DNA of 42,211 bases, taken from contig JBFIDQ010000001.1 of NCBI GenBank assembly GCA_041603795.1, positions 1-42,211 of the forward strand. Direction: 5' to 3'. The stretch is from Chlamydiales bacterium. GTDB lineage: Bacteria; Chlamydiota; Chlamydiia; Chlamydiales; JBFIDQ01. The notes under the pieces are model-generated. The model was not told the DNA's origin. It searched no databases and saw only the letters and a list, made by a program, of their open reading frames with translations. A program made the translations under genes and the position numbers. Below, piece by piece: positions 14,901 through 23,223 of this stretch (within the stretch, counting starts at the first letter, position 1; each line of letters opens with the position of its first letter).

Positions 14901-14928
14901 ATTATAGGGGCAAATCATGATCCGTCAA
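14901..14928 (-). promoter_or_regulatory. sigma70-type promoter of the reverse cassette
   Basis: The minus strand reads TTGACG, a 16-nt spacer, then TATAAT. It lies about 33 nt upstream of the ATG at 14867. Confidence 0.6.
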
Positions 14929-15023
14929 CATATTATCTATAACATTTTGGAATATACGCCAGGATTTTAATAACTTTAGTGTTAAACCATTGATTTATAA
15001 GGGTAAAACAGGAACCCGCAAGA

Positions 15024-15512
15024 ATGACTAGAAAAGCAAAGCCCGCGCAAAGGCTCACGGACAAGATGGAACACTATTGCATCAATCGTGCTACGGGCCA
15101 TTCTAAGCTCATGTCATACCGTATGGCATACGATGCTGGTAACATGTCTGATAATGCCTGTAACGTGGCCGCATGGCGGTTAGAGCGAAAGGAGCAGGTC
15201 CGCGCGAGACTTGAGGAACTGGAAAGGCAGGCAGCTAAGGAGACTAACTATACCTTAGCCAAACACGTGCAGGAACTAGCGAGACTGGCAGACGCGGCAG
15301 AAGCTAACGGGAACTATGGGGCAGCTACACAATGCCGTGTAAGCATGGGTAAAGCCTGTGGTCTGTATACGGATAATATTAGTATTAAGGCTGAAGAACT
15401 ATCACCTTCCGCTCTTTTGAGTCAAATTCAAATGACAGACCCGGCCACAGCAAAGCTATTAGCAGCCCAACTAGGGCTTTCCTTAGACGATAACGACAAT
15501 ACCCGCCACTAG
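15024..15512 (+). CDS. terS: terminase small subunit (Terminase_2-like)
   Basis: The N-terminal region LTDKMEHYCINRATGHSKLMSYRMAYDAGNMSDNACNVAAWRL...VRARLEEL and the later GKACGLY match the pattern I remember for this family. This was not searched. Confidence 0.65.
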   Translation: MTRKAKPAQRLTDKMEHYCINRATGHSKLMSYRMAYDAGNMSDNACNVAAWRLERKEQVRARLEELERQAAKETNYTLAKHVQELARLADAAEANGNYGAATQCRVSMGKACGLYTDNISIKAEELSPSALLSQIQMTDPATAKLLAAQLGLSLDDNDNTRH

Positions 15513-15565
15513 GCCCTAGGGTTAGGCCAAAGTCCTGCCACAGGGCCTTACAATGCGCCTAAGGG

Positions 15566-15638
15566 CATGCGACAGCCATGCTCCTGCCATGCACAGACCA
15601 TGCCATGTTTCATATGCAAGGGTCATGCCATGTTCATG
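15566..15638. repeat. CATG-rich phased repeat cluster
   Basis: Eight CATG sites start at 15566, 15577, 15588, 15599, 15604, 15624, 15629 and 15635. The first four lie in (G)CCATGC units exactly 11 nt apart. CATGCCATGTT(T)CAT occurs twice. Confidence 0.8.
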
Positions 15639-15854
15639 GGATAGATTAGGACAGTCTGGATGGACAGGTTTTTATGGCAAATGGATATAAGGAGGGGGCA
15701 CCCCACCCCTTGACGGCGGATGGATCGGGGGCTAGCCCGCCCCTATAAAAAATCCCAACTGAAATAGACCCTCCCTTTATTATTAATAAAACCAAATAGA
15801 TAACCAATACTCCTAAGAAACTGTCTTAGGTGTTTACACGTGACGGAGACCTTC

Positions 15855-16073
15855 ATGCCTAACAAATTCGGCATAGTAGTAGAGAAAACAAGGAAAGCCG
15901 ATCCTTCAAAAAAGAAAGATCAGCGCACGCCTTTACAGATAGAGGCTGCTGAGCGCCAGGCCCGTGAGGAAGCTAACAGGGAATTGGAACGTAAGCGTGC
16001 TGAGTCTGTTGAGCAGGCTAAGAGGCAGGACAGGAAGGAGGAACGAGCCCGCAAGAGAGAGGCCCGAAATTAA
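15855..16073 (+). CDS. highly charged Lys/Arg/Glu-rich protein
   Basis: The ATG at 15855 follows GGAGA. The track start is GTG at 15840. Confidence 0.55.
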   Translation: MPNKFGIVVEKTRKADPSKKKDQRTPLQIEAAERQAREEANRELERKRAESVEQAKRQDRKEERARKREARN

Positions 16074-16103
16074 TTAACGAGGGGTTAATAAGAATGAACA
16101 ATA

Positions 16104-16304
16104 ATGGATATATTAACCAAGATAATAACCGAGTACGGCCCCTTGGGATTCGGTTGGATATTAGCAGTCTATTTTATTCGAGAGAATAAGGACCTGCATA
16201 GGAAGTTTCAGGAAATGGCAGAATCAAATATTAAAGCACGGATGGCTTTCACAGAGAAAATGGAAGGTCTCACAGCTATTATAAAAAAGGGTTTTGGTGA
16301 ATGA
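16104..16304 (+). CDS. small membrane protein (one predicted TM helix)
   Basis: The hydrophobic segment is GPLGFGWILAVYFI. The RBS is weak. Confidence 0.5.
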   Translation: MDILTKIITEYGPLGFGWILAVYFIRENKDLHRKFQEMAESNIKARMAFTEKMEGLTAIIKKGFGE

Positions 16305-16486
16305 GGACCCTTTTACAGTATTTGGCTACTTTATCTGGTGCTGCGGAATCTGAAAAGTCAGATGAATACTTCCGACAATATAAAAAGGCTGATGAGGAAT
16401 TCTGGGAATCCATTGAAGACCTTGATCAGACTATTACGAAATTCAGAAAAAAGGAAAAGGAACATGAAGCCGGTAGTGGGATTTAA
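16301..16486 (+). CDS. hypothetical protein
   Basis: 61-aa ORF with an ATGA overlap with the upstream gene. Confidence 0.5.
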   Translation: MRTLLQYLATLSGAAESEKSDEYFRQYKKADEEFWESIEDLDQTITKFRKKEKEHEAGSGI

Positions 16487-16491
16487 CGACT

Positions 16492-16989
16492 ATGTGGACT
16501 GGATGGAAGATTTTGCTTCTGCTTGTGGCTGGCCTTGGGGACAGGGTAAGGGGTGGGTTTCCAGTGGAGAGGCCGAAAGCTCTGAAGTACCTAAGCATGG
16601 CATCAGTTGGGCTTATAATGGGGCTTTTGGTCACATCGAGTATAAAACTGATTCTAGCCAGTGGCCTCTTGGTACTTTTAGGGTCCTGGAGGACGGATAA
16701 CGGATGGAGGGGCGGATACGTTCAAGGCCAAGGTCTTTGGTGGAAACCCTTACGCTGGGGAGCTCTTTGGGGCACGCCTTTTGTCCTCTTGGGGTATTGG
16801 GAGCCGTTATTTTTCTTAATGCCCTTCTGTGGAGCACTAGGGGCTTTTCTGGCTATCCATATAGCAGTGAAATTGCCCCCGATAGGTATCTTTGACCTCA
16901 AACATGGTTGGCCCTGGTCAGAATTGATTGAAATGCCGATTATTGGGCTGATTGTTATCATATTACTGGAGATTATTCATGGATTCTAA
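16492..16989 (+). CDS. multi-pass membrane protein
   Basis: Several long hydrophobic segments are present (MASVGLIMGLLVTSSIKLILASGLLVLLG, WGTPFVLLGYWEPLFFLMPFCGALGAFLAIHIAV, MPIIGLIVIILLEII). This is the only open frame from 16700 to 16989. The start is uncertain (16492 or 16597). Confidence 0.5.
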   Translation: MWTGWKILLLLVAGLGDRVRGGFPVERPKALKYLSMASVGLIMGLLVTSSIKLILASGLLVLLGSWRTDNGWRGGYVQGQGLWWKPLRWGALWGTPFVLLGYWEPLFFLMPFCGALGAFLAIHIAVKLPPIGIFDLKHGWPWSELIEMPIIGLIVIILLEIIHGF

Positions 16990-17164
16990 ACCTTTTTGGG
17001 CTAGTAAGACCATCTGGACGAATATTATCGCTGTAGCTGCTGCTGTAGCTGTTGCTATGGGTGTAGACATCGGTCCTGAGATGCAGGCCACCACGGTAGC
17101 CTTCATTATGGGTGTTGCTAACATCGCTCTCCGTCTTATTACGAAGGATGCGGTCAAAGTTTGA
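16979..17164 (+). CDS. holin-like two-TM small membrane protein
   Basis: The translation is MDSKPFWASKTIWTNIIAVAAAVAVAMGVDIGPEMQATTVAFIMGVANIALRLITKDAVKV. It has two hydrophobic helices and lies in the membrane-protein cluster. Confidence 0.5.
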   Translation: MDSKPFWASKTIWTNIIAVAAAVAVAMGVDIGPEMQATTVAFIMGVANIALRLITKDAVKV

Positions 17165-17245
17165 TGGAATGGTGGATAATCGGTCTTTTGATCTTCATTA
17201 TCCTCTTTAAATAAGTGCCTAGAAGGCAATTGTTCTAAAAAAACA

Positions 17246-17443
17246 ATGGAATTCCTCTTTGGACTGCTATTTGTCCTCGCCATAGTAGCAATATTGGCGA
17301 AAGTCTACTTTTACTACAAAGGCGAGGAAGAAAAGGCTCAAAAGAATGCGATTCAGCGCGAAGTCAAGAAAATTGTTGAAAATAATCGTGCTCTTGACCG
17401 TGATGCCCTTGTTCGCGGGGTGCGTCGCCCTACAGACGATTAA
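17246..17443 (+). CDS. N-terminally anchored coiled-coil protein (i-spanin-like)
   Basis: The TM helix FLFGLLFVLAIVAILAKVYFY is followed by a charged helical region. It overlaps the lipoprotein ORF, which lies in the +1 frame. Confidence 0.5.
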   Translation: MEFLFGLLFVLAIVAILAKVYFYYKGEEEKAQKNAIQREVKKIVENNRALDRDALVRGVRRPTDD

Positions 17444-17621
17444 TGCTGCTGTGAGCTTAGGCAGCATGTACTACGCTAAGAAGGGTTATGAGATAAAAGC
17501 AGGGGATTGTGACTTCTCAGAGCCGATCTACCTTGAGGGAAGCGTAGAGGGCCTCACAGACGATGATCTGAGGCAAATAGTCAATCATAACGATAAAGTG
17601 GAGAAGTTTTGCAATGAATAA
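17346..17621 (+). CDS. lipoprotein (o-spanin-like), start embedded in the preceding gene
   Basis: The signal peptide has a basic n-region MRFSAKSRKLLK, a hydrophobic core and the lipobox LFAGC. It starts 98 nt before the end of 17246..17443 in another frame. Confidence 0.55.
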   Translation: MRFSAKSRKLLKIIVLLTVMPLFAGCVALQTINAAVSLGSMYYAKKGYEIKAGDCDFSEPIYLEGSVEGLTDDDLRQIVNHNDKVEKFCNE

Positions 17622-17663
17622 GGTTATTTTTATCGGCTTTACCCTGGGGGCGGTGATTCTGTA

Positions 17664-18122
17664 ATGGCATATCCTCAAAGCATAACCCCGGCTGAAGCAT
17701 GGGCTCTCGGGCGGCGGCAAGCGAACTCGCTTCGCACTGGTATCTGCCCGCGCTACATTGCCCTGTTTTCCGGCAATAACACGGTTGAAGAAGCGCGAGA
17801 TTGCTACGATGAATTAGCAGGCGCAAAGACAATATTTAACGACATGGCGGCAATTCCCGGCATAGATGCTTATGTGTCGTCGCTTCCAGGCCTTGGTTCC
17901 GTTGTTGTCACGACCGAAACTGCAAACGTAGTGGCCGAAATAGACGCGGCCCTGTCATGGTTGGACACAAACGTGTCTGGCCTCTCGCTGACGGGAGATT
18001 CGTTCTCCGCGCCTATCGATTCGAAGCGCAGCATTGCAACGCAGCGATTCGGCGCTGGCGCAACCGCAACGCTACGCACTGCATTGCAGGCAATTATTGA
18101 CGCTATCGACGCTGCGACGTAA
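17664..18122 (+). CDS. hypothetical protein
   Basis: 152-aa ORF, followed by a TAATG junction to the next gene. Confidence 0.7.
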   Translation: MAYPQSITPAEAWALGRRQANSLRTGICPRYIALFSGNNTVEEARDCYDELAGAKTIFNDMAAIPGIDAYVSSLPGLGSVVVTTETANVVAEIDAALSWLDTNVSGLSLTGDSFSAPIDSKRSIATQRFGAGATATLRTALQAIIDAIDAAT

Positions 18123-18826
18123 TGGCGACGTTTCAGGAGGCAGAAGCGGGGTCAGCATCGGGGGCTACGTCATGGACGTATAACTTCGCTACGATCACGC
18201 CTGTCTCCGGCGAAACTGTCGTTGCGCTGATAACGCATGCAAATGATTTTACAACGACGGTGTCCGGCTACACTGTGATCGACACGACGCCAATCGGCGC
18301 GGGGTCAAACAATAACAATGTTTTTTGTTACAAGGTATTAACAGGTTCAGATACGAGTATCGGCGGGACATGCTCCGGAGCATCGGGCAGTTTCATTGTC
18401 GGGTTGGCCGTTTTCTCAGGTTCAGAAACGTTCGAGGAATTTGCCGAGGACAACACGTACCTGACATCAACATTCCCCAGCGGGTCCAAGTCAGTCGGAC
18501 ACGGCACGCTTAATCCCGGCGGTGACGGTATAGCCTTTGCGGCAATGACGGTCCCTGACCGACGCAATTGGAGCGGCGGCGCGGCGACTTTCTCGAACAT
18601 GACGCAGGCGTCGCTGTATTCCTCTGGCTCTAGTCCTTGGAACGAAATCGCATACAAGACCTATACGGGCACTTCTGCGATTGCGGAAACTGCATCGAGC
18701 ACCGACGCGGGAACTGATTACGCTTGGGGCATCGGCGCGATTTTCTCCACGATTACAGGCGGCGGTGGATTGGGAATACCAATAGCGGCATATCACTATA
18801 ACCACAACACAGGAAGCAGGTTGTAA
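18122..18826 (+). CDS. hypothetical Ser/Thr/Gly-rich protein (structural or fibre-like)
   Basis: 234-aa ORF, translationally coupled on both sides. Confidence 0.7.
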   Translation: MATFQEAEAGSASGATSWTYNFATITPVSGETVVALITHANDFTTTVSGYTVIDTTPIGAGSNNNNVFCYKVLTGSDTSIGGTCSGASGSFIVGLAVFSGSETFEEFAEDNTYLTSTFPSGSKSVGHGTLNPGGDGIAFAAMTVPDRRNWSGGAATFSNMTQASLYSSGSSPWNEIAYKTYTGTSAIAETASSTDAGTDYAWGIGAIFSTITGGGGLGIPIAAYHYNHNTGSRL

Positions 18827-19926
18827 TGCAGTTTCTTAAAGCCGACACTAATGTTGAGGTCTTGGTTGGTCCGGCTGTGGCTGTTGGTGACGGCTTCACG
18901 CCTGTTACAACGCTGTCTCTGTCTACTGCTGACGAAGCTGAATTAATCAAGCACGGCGGCGCTACAGCACTGACAGTGACCAGTATAGCCTCTAACACGA
19001 TGGCGGCTATCACTGGCGCGGATGGTTATTACACATTAGACCTGACGACAGGAAACCTGGACACAGAAGGCCCGTTAACAATTCTGATTAACGATGATAG
19101 CCTTATCCTTCCGATCCGGCTGGATTTTATGGTTGTCAATGCCAACGTCTATGACAGCCTGTTTGCTGCTGCTGCGACTGATTATCTTCAGGTCGATACA
19201 ACGCAAATAAGCGGTACAACACAGACTGCGAACGATGTTGGCGCTGACGTAAATGCCATCCTCTTGGATACCGCAGAGATTGGAACCGCAGGTGCTGGAC
19301 TGACCAATATCGGCACGATCGCGACCGTGACAAATCTAACGAACCTGCCAAGTATTCCGGCTAACTGGATCACGACAGCAGGTATTACGGACGGCGCGTT
19401 TACTGCGGCCAAGTTCGCTGCATCAAGCCTCGACGGAAAGGGAGACTGGAATGTTGGCAAGACAGGCTATTCACTGACTGCGACGACAGGACTCGGCAAC
19501 CAGACGGCGAATATCACAGGGAATCTGTCTGGTTCCGTAGGGAGTGTCACGGGCGCGGTTGGTAGCGTTACTGGTGCAGTTGGCAGTGTTACCGGCGCAG
19601 TGGGTAGCGTGTCAGGAAACGTGGACGGAAATGTCACGGGATCTGTTGGAAGCAATCTTGAGCTTGGGCCAGCAGAAGTGAATGCTGAGGTTGTGGATGC
19701 TATTAACACAGACACCTACGCTGAGCCGGGACAGGGTACTCCTGCCGCTACTGCTACGCTTGCTGCCAAGATCAACTACCTGTACAAAGCATGGCGCAAC
19801 AAGAGTACTCAAACTGCTACAACGTACAGCCTGTACGCTGATGACACAACAACTGTTGATCAGAAAGCGACTGTCAGTGATGACGGCACCACGGCAACCA
19901 AGGGTGAAGTTGCTACAGGTCCGTAA
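18826..19926 (+). CDS. repeat-containing structural-like protein
   Basis: The 366-aa ORF contains the internal heptad array GSVGSVTGAVGSVTGAVGSVTGAVGSVSGNVDGNVTGSVGS. Confidence 0.75.
   Translation: MQFLKADTNVEVLVGPAVAVGDGFTPVTTLSLSTADEAELIKHGGATALTVTSIASNTMAAITGADGYYTLDLTTGNLDTEGPLTILINDDSLILPIRLDFMVVNANVYDSLFAAAATDYLQVDTTQISGTTQTANDVGADVNAILLDTAEIGTAGAGLTNIGTIATVTNLTNLPSIPANWITTAGITDGAFTAAKFAASSLDGKGDWNVGKTGYSLTATTGLGNQTANITGNLSGSVGSVTGAVGSVTGAVGSVTGAVGSVSGNVDGNVTGSVGSNLELGPAEVNAEVVDAINTDTYAEPGQGTPAATATLAAKINYLYKAWRNKSTQTATTYSLYADDTTTVDQKATVSDDGTTATKGEVATGP
19537..19620 (+). repeat. 4 x 21-nt in-frame tandem repeat
   Basis: The units are GTAGGGAGTGTCACGGGCGCG, GTTGGTAGCGTTACTGGTGCA, GTTGGCAGTGTTACCGGCGCA and GTGGGTAGCGTGTCAGGAAAC, encoding VGSVTGA-type heptads. 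Confidence 0.85.
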
Positions 19927-20150
19927 TGGCAATAGATACAGAAGCAAAACGATGGAGCATGTTAGCGCATGCCTCATCACCTCCCAGAACAGTAGTCTTC
20001 AATCCTGACACAAGTGGATTGGTTTCTATTGAAAAGATTACCGTCCTGCAATATTACGGTGGCAATGCTTGGGATGACCCGGTTATTGTCATTGGCGGGA
20101 AAGGAAACAGGGGAGGCTTCTTTACCAGCATAGCACGAGGGGGCATGTGA
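19926..20150 (+). CDS. hypothetical protein
   Basis: 74-aa ORF with a TAATG junction. Confidence 0.6.
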   Translation: MAIDTEAKRWSMLAHASSPPRTVVFNPDTSGLVSIEKITVLQYYGGNAWDDPVIVIGGKGNRGGFFTSIARGGM

Positions 20151-20434
20151 ACATATTCAAACGATGGTGGGCTTACAGGGCCTTGGGGAAGTATAAACCT
20201 AAATACCTTTCTACTCACTCTAAAGCACCACAGATAAGAAACCACCTTAGACATTTAGAACATTACTATCCTCACGTAGAGGATAACACATTAAGTCAAG
20301 GCCGCAGGGAACAGATAGCAGAAGAAATCATGATCCACAAGGCCAAGTTAAAGAAGTGCGGAGTAGAGCCGCCATCCAACAGCATAGAAGCATTCAACAT
20401 GATGAATGAATTCTCTAACAGGAATTACGTTTAA
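20147..20434 (+). CDS. hypothetical protein
   Basis: 95-aa ORF with a GTG start in a GTGA overlap. Confidence 0.55.
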   Translation: MNIFKRWWAYRALGKYKPKYLSTHSKAPQIRNHLRHLEHYYPHVEDNTLSQGRREQIAEEIMIHKAKLKKCGVEPPSNSIEAFNMMNEFSNRNYV

Positions 20435-20742
20435 TGGCGACACTTTACATTGAAGAATATCAGTCACTGCCTGACGATGCCAGGGGATCGACTATCCCTG
20501 CCGCAGGTATGCTGGTAGCTAATCAGTCTATCACAAGCCTGTCTGCTTCCTCACAGCAGTCTGCAGCTTTCAACAACAAGACTACGTTTATCATGATTAC
20601 GGCTGATGTGGCTTCACAGGTAGAGATTGGATCTAATCCAACAGCAGCTTCTACATCAACATACCTTCCCGCTGACGTTCCACGGCCATTCGCCGTTCCA
20701 GCAAGAGGAATTTGGAAAATAGCAGCGAGGACGCAGGCATGA
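20434..20742 (+). CDS. hypothetical protein
   Basis: 102-aa ORF with a TAATG junction. Confidence 0.6.
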   Translation: MATLYIEEYQSLPDDARGSTIPAAGMLVANQSITSLSASSQQSAAFNNKTTFIMITADVASQVEIGSNPTAASTSTYLPADVPRPFAVPARGIWKIAARTQA

Positions 20743-21155
20743 GTATTTTTTTTGATGACAATTCTGGATCTCCGTCAGATACTACTGACGGAATTCCAGT
20801 AAAGCTAAAAGACTCATTAGCCAATGAAAGAAATCCCGGGACGGCAAACGAGTATGGTGTGTCTGTTCCTGAGTGGAACTATACTGTAATAGATCACGCA
20901 GACACATCGCCTGTAGCAGTATCTGGCGGCGTTCCGGCAATAATAGGTAATGTTTACTGCTCTGAAGCAATGGCCGGAAGCCCTGATTTTGCATTCTACG
21001 ATGATTCTACAGAGGTTTATCCGATGCCGGTATCTATGACTTTATCTTCGGAAAAGCTGTCCCTTGCCGGTACAATTTTTGCCACTGACCTTAACTGCGT
21101 CATAGCGTCTGCTGGAACTGCGGGGAAGATAGTTGTTCAATGGCGAGTTAAGTAA
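20739..21155 (+). CDS. hypothetical protein
   Basis: The ATG at 20739 forms an ATGA overlap with the upstream stop. The track start is TTG at 20712. Confidence 0.6.
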   Translation: MSIFFDDNSGSPSDTTDGIPVKLKDSLANERNPGTANEYGVSVPEWNYTVIDHADTSPVAVSGGVPAIIGNVYCSEAMAGSPDFAFYDDSTEVYPMPVSMTLSSEKLSLAGTIFATDLNCVIASAGTAGKIVVQWRVK

Positions 21156-22603
21156 TGACGACAAGATATTCTGTAAATAAACAAAGGAATTCAAGTTATC
21201 TTGACATTGAATCGGCCTTTACAAATGCTGCGTTTTTAGGCGGCGGTAGATTTAATAGCTCGTTATTAACTTTGGATGGCGTTGGGGCAGATAGCACAAC
21301 CACGGGTACGTGGGTAAGCCTGGGTGTGTCGGAAGATCATTCAGGACTGCTGACCGAAGGGTCTTTAATGATGTGGCTAAACAGTGACTATGTAGCTGGA
21401 GGTCTCGATTCCAGCGGATCTGTGATTGCGGCAGTAAATGCCGCTTCGCTCCCGGCTTCAATAATGAATAGAGACGGCTCTGATGCAAATAGAGGAACTA
21501 TAGTTGTAGACCCGAATGGGTATATTGACAGCCAATTAGTTATACCTTCAACTGATGATGAATATTTGCATTATAATTTAAATATTGCTTGGCGAGGCAA
21601 GGGTTCGTGGATTCCAATAATTCATCAATGGAGTTCTTCGGGTAGATTCCAGACAATTGTTGATGGCCTTGTTGTTGCGGATTCGCAAATAGGAACCTAC
21701 GATTTTCATTCGTTGGACATGAATCCTTACGACGTAAGAGACCCTAACGCTTCCACTGATTCGGACGCGTTAAGAAATGTTGCTTTGCTTGATTCTTTTC
21801 AGGATATTGGATCACCGAAAATAAGAATTGGTTTTATAGGTGATTCGTTAATGAACTTTGGCGGATTCCCAGACTGGATGTGGAGCAGCAGAACAACTCA
21901 ACGCCCTGACTGGATACCTATTGAAAATTCTTTCGCTACTGCTGGCCCAAAAGGAATAGACGGCTCAAATGGTGCGGCAGCCGAGTCAGTAAACGGAAAG
22001 CATTATGATGCCGGTGCATTAACTACAATTATAAGAATGGCTCACAAATCAGGATACTTGTCTTCTAAAAACCTGAACTTCACACAGGGTGGAGCAACGA
22101 CAGCACAAATAAAGACAAATCTTAACAACCTATTGTCTATTGGTGTGCCAAATGTTGTTTTTTGCAATGCCGGACAGAACGATGCAAATGACGGTGCTAG
22201 CTTTGACGCATCAGCAAAAACAACCTTCGAATCAAATTTAAAGAGCATGGTATCTACAGCATACAATTCAAAAGTAAATCAGTTTATAACAAGCACGCTG
22301 CACTCAATGCAGAACAACACAACTTATTCAGATCAAGTGTACGCCGACAACGTTGATTACTGCAATGCGGTTATAAACAGTCTACCTCGCTGGTCTAAAA
22401 GACAAGGGTATGGCGATAAGTTTTTAAGGGTTGCTGACAATTTTACAGCTTTCGGCGGGCATTCGTTCGACTCTAATTTGTTCTTAACAAATGATGTTCA
22501 TCATTCAACTGCTGGAAGTTATCTTTTTGGATATGAAATGGGGAAAATGATAAGCGATATAGTCCTTGGTAAAAGGTTTATGGTAGGCGCAAGATCTAGT
22601 TAA
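21155..22603 (+). CDS. two-domain protein with C-terminal SGNH/GDSL hydrolase (putative polysaccharide esterase)
   Basis: Block I is IGFIGDSL. Block III is FCNAGQNDAND. Block V is TNDVHHS. The roughly 220-aa N-terminal region has no recognised motif. Confidence 0.7.
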   Translation: MTTRYSVNKQRNSSYLDIESAFTNAAFLGGGRFNSSLLTLDGVGADSTTTGTWVSLGVSEDHSGLLTEGSLMMWLNSDYVAGGLDSSGSVIAAVNAASLPASIMNRDGSDANRGTIVVDPNGYIDSQLVIPSTDDEYLHYNLNIAWRGKGSWIPIIHQWSSSGRFQTIVDGLVVADSQIGTYDFHSLDMNPYDVRDPNASTDSDALRNVALLDSFQDIGSPKIRIGFIGDSLMNFGGFPDWMWSSRTTQRPDWIPIENSFATAGPKGIDGSNGAAAESVNGKHYDAGALTTIIRMAHKSGYLSSKNLNFTQGGATTAQIKTNLNNLLSIGVPNVVFCNAGQNDANDGASFDASAKTTFESNLKSMVSTAYNSKVNQFITSTLHSMQNNTTYSDQVYADNVDYCNAVINSLPRWSKRQGYGDKFLRVADNFTAFGGHSFDSNLFLTNDVHHSTAGSYLFGYEMGKMISDIVLGKRFMVGARSS

Positions 22604-23223
22604 TGTCTATCCTAATAGGCACTCCAATGTTCGGTGGGCAGTGTACTCGTGATTACTTCGAGTCCTGCCTTAACCTGAAAGAAGATCTGGCAGAAATAGG
22701 GGTAAACCACGATTGGCTAACGGTAGCGAACGAATCCCTGATAACGAGGGGCCGGAACACAATAGCGGATACGTTTCTGAAAACAGATTTCGAGGCGTTA
22801 CTGTTTATCGATGCGGACATTCGGTTTCGCACAGAGGACGTAGCAAAATTATGGAATTTGAATGCCCCAATTGCAGTCGGCGCTTACAGGATGAAGTGCG
22901 AAGAAATCAAGTATAGTGCATGGAGGGATAACAAGATAGTCAATCTGCAGGACATAGAGGGCAAAGAACCCTTAAAGGTTGATTACGCAGCTACAGGCTT
23001 CATGATGATTCAAAGAGATGTCTTTGAGCAGATGAAAGATAAAGTAGAAAAATATGACGAAGAAGGGGAGAGATATGCTTTTTTCCAGGATCCCATTATT
23101 GACGGGATGCACATGTCAGAGGATTACTTCTTCTGTAAAACATGGCGAGACATGGGCGGGGAAATCCTGCTTGATCCGACAATCGAACTTGGGCATATTG
23201 GAACAGTAGAGTATGCCTCTTGA
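22603..23223 (+). CDS. glycosyltransferase (GT-A fold, DxD type)
   Basis: The translation shows GTPMFGGQC..., ESLITRGRN, LLFIDADIRF (DxD) and SEDYFFC. This pattern matches what I remember from a phage and bacterial glycosyltransferase family. It was not searched. Confidence 0.7.
   Translation: MSILIGTPMFGGQCTRDYFESCLNLKEDLAEIGVNHDWLTVANESLITRGRNTIADTFLKTDFEALLFIDADIRFRTEDVAKLWNLNAPIAVGAYRMKCEEIKYSAWRDNKIVNLQDIEGKEPLKVDYAATGFMMIQRDVFEQMKDKVEKYDEEGERYAFFQDPIIDGMHMSEDYFFCKTWRDMGGEILLDPTIELGHIGTVEYAS

Noticed and set aside
14940-15023. Rightward promoter for terS (TTGGAA-17-ATAACT around 14948-14976)
   Set aside because: Both hexamers match the consensus only weakly, and the terS RBS is also weak. 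The support is too thin to list as a feature.
16094-16189. 31-codon ORF (MNNNGYINQDNN...) with GAGGGG 9 nt upstream
   Set aside because: It has a better SD than the 66-aa membrane ORF at 16104 but encodes a low-complexity peptide. It is noted as an unresolved alternative rather than called.
19467-19715. CRISPR-like or minisatellite array with an antisense 82-aa ORF
   Set aside because: The 21-nt repeats are contiguous with no spacers, and they are in frame within a long coding ORF. This is a coding tandem repeat and not a CRISPR array.
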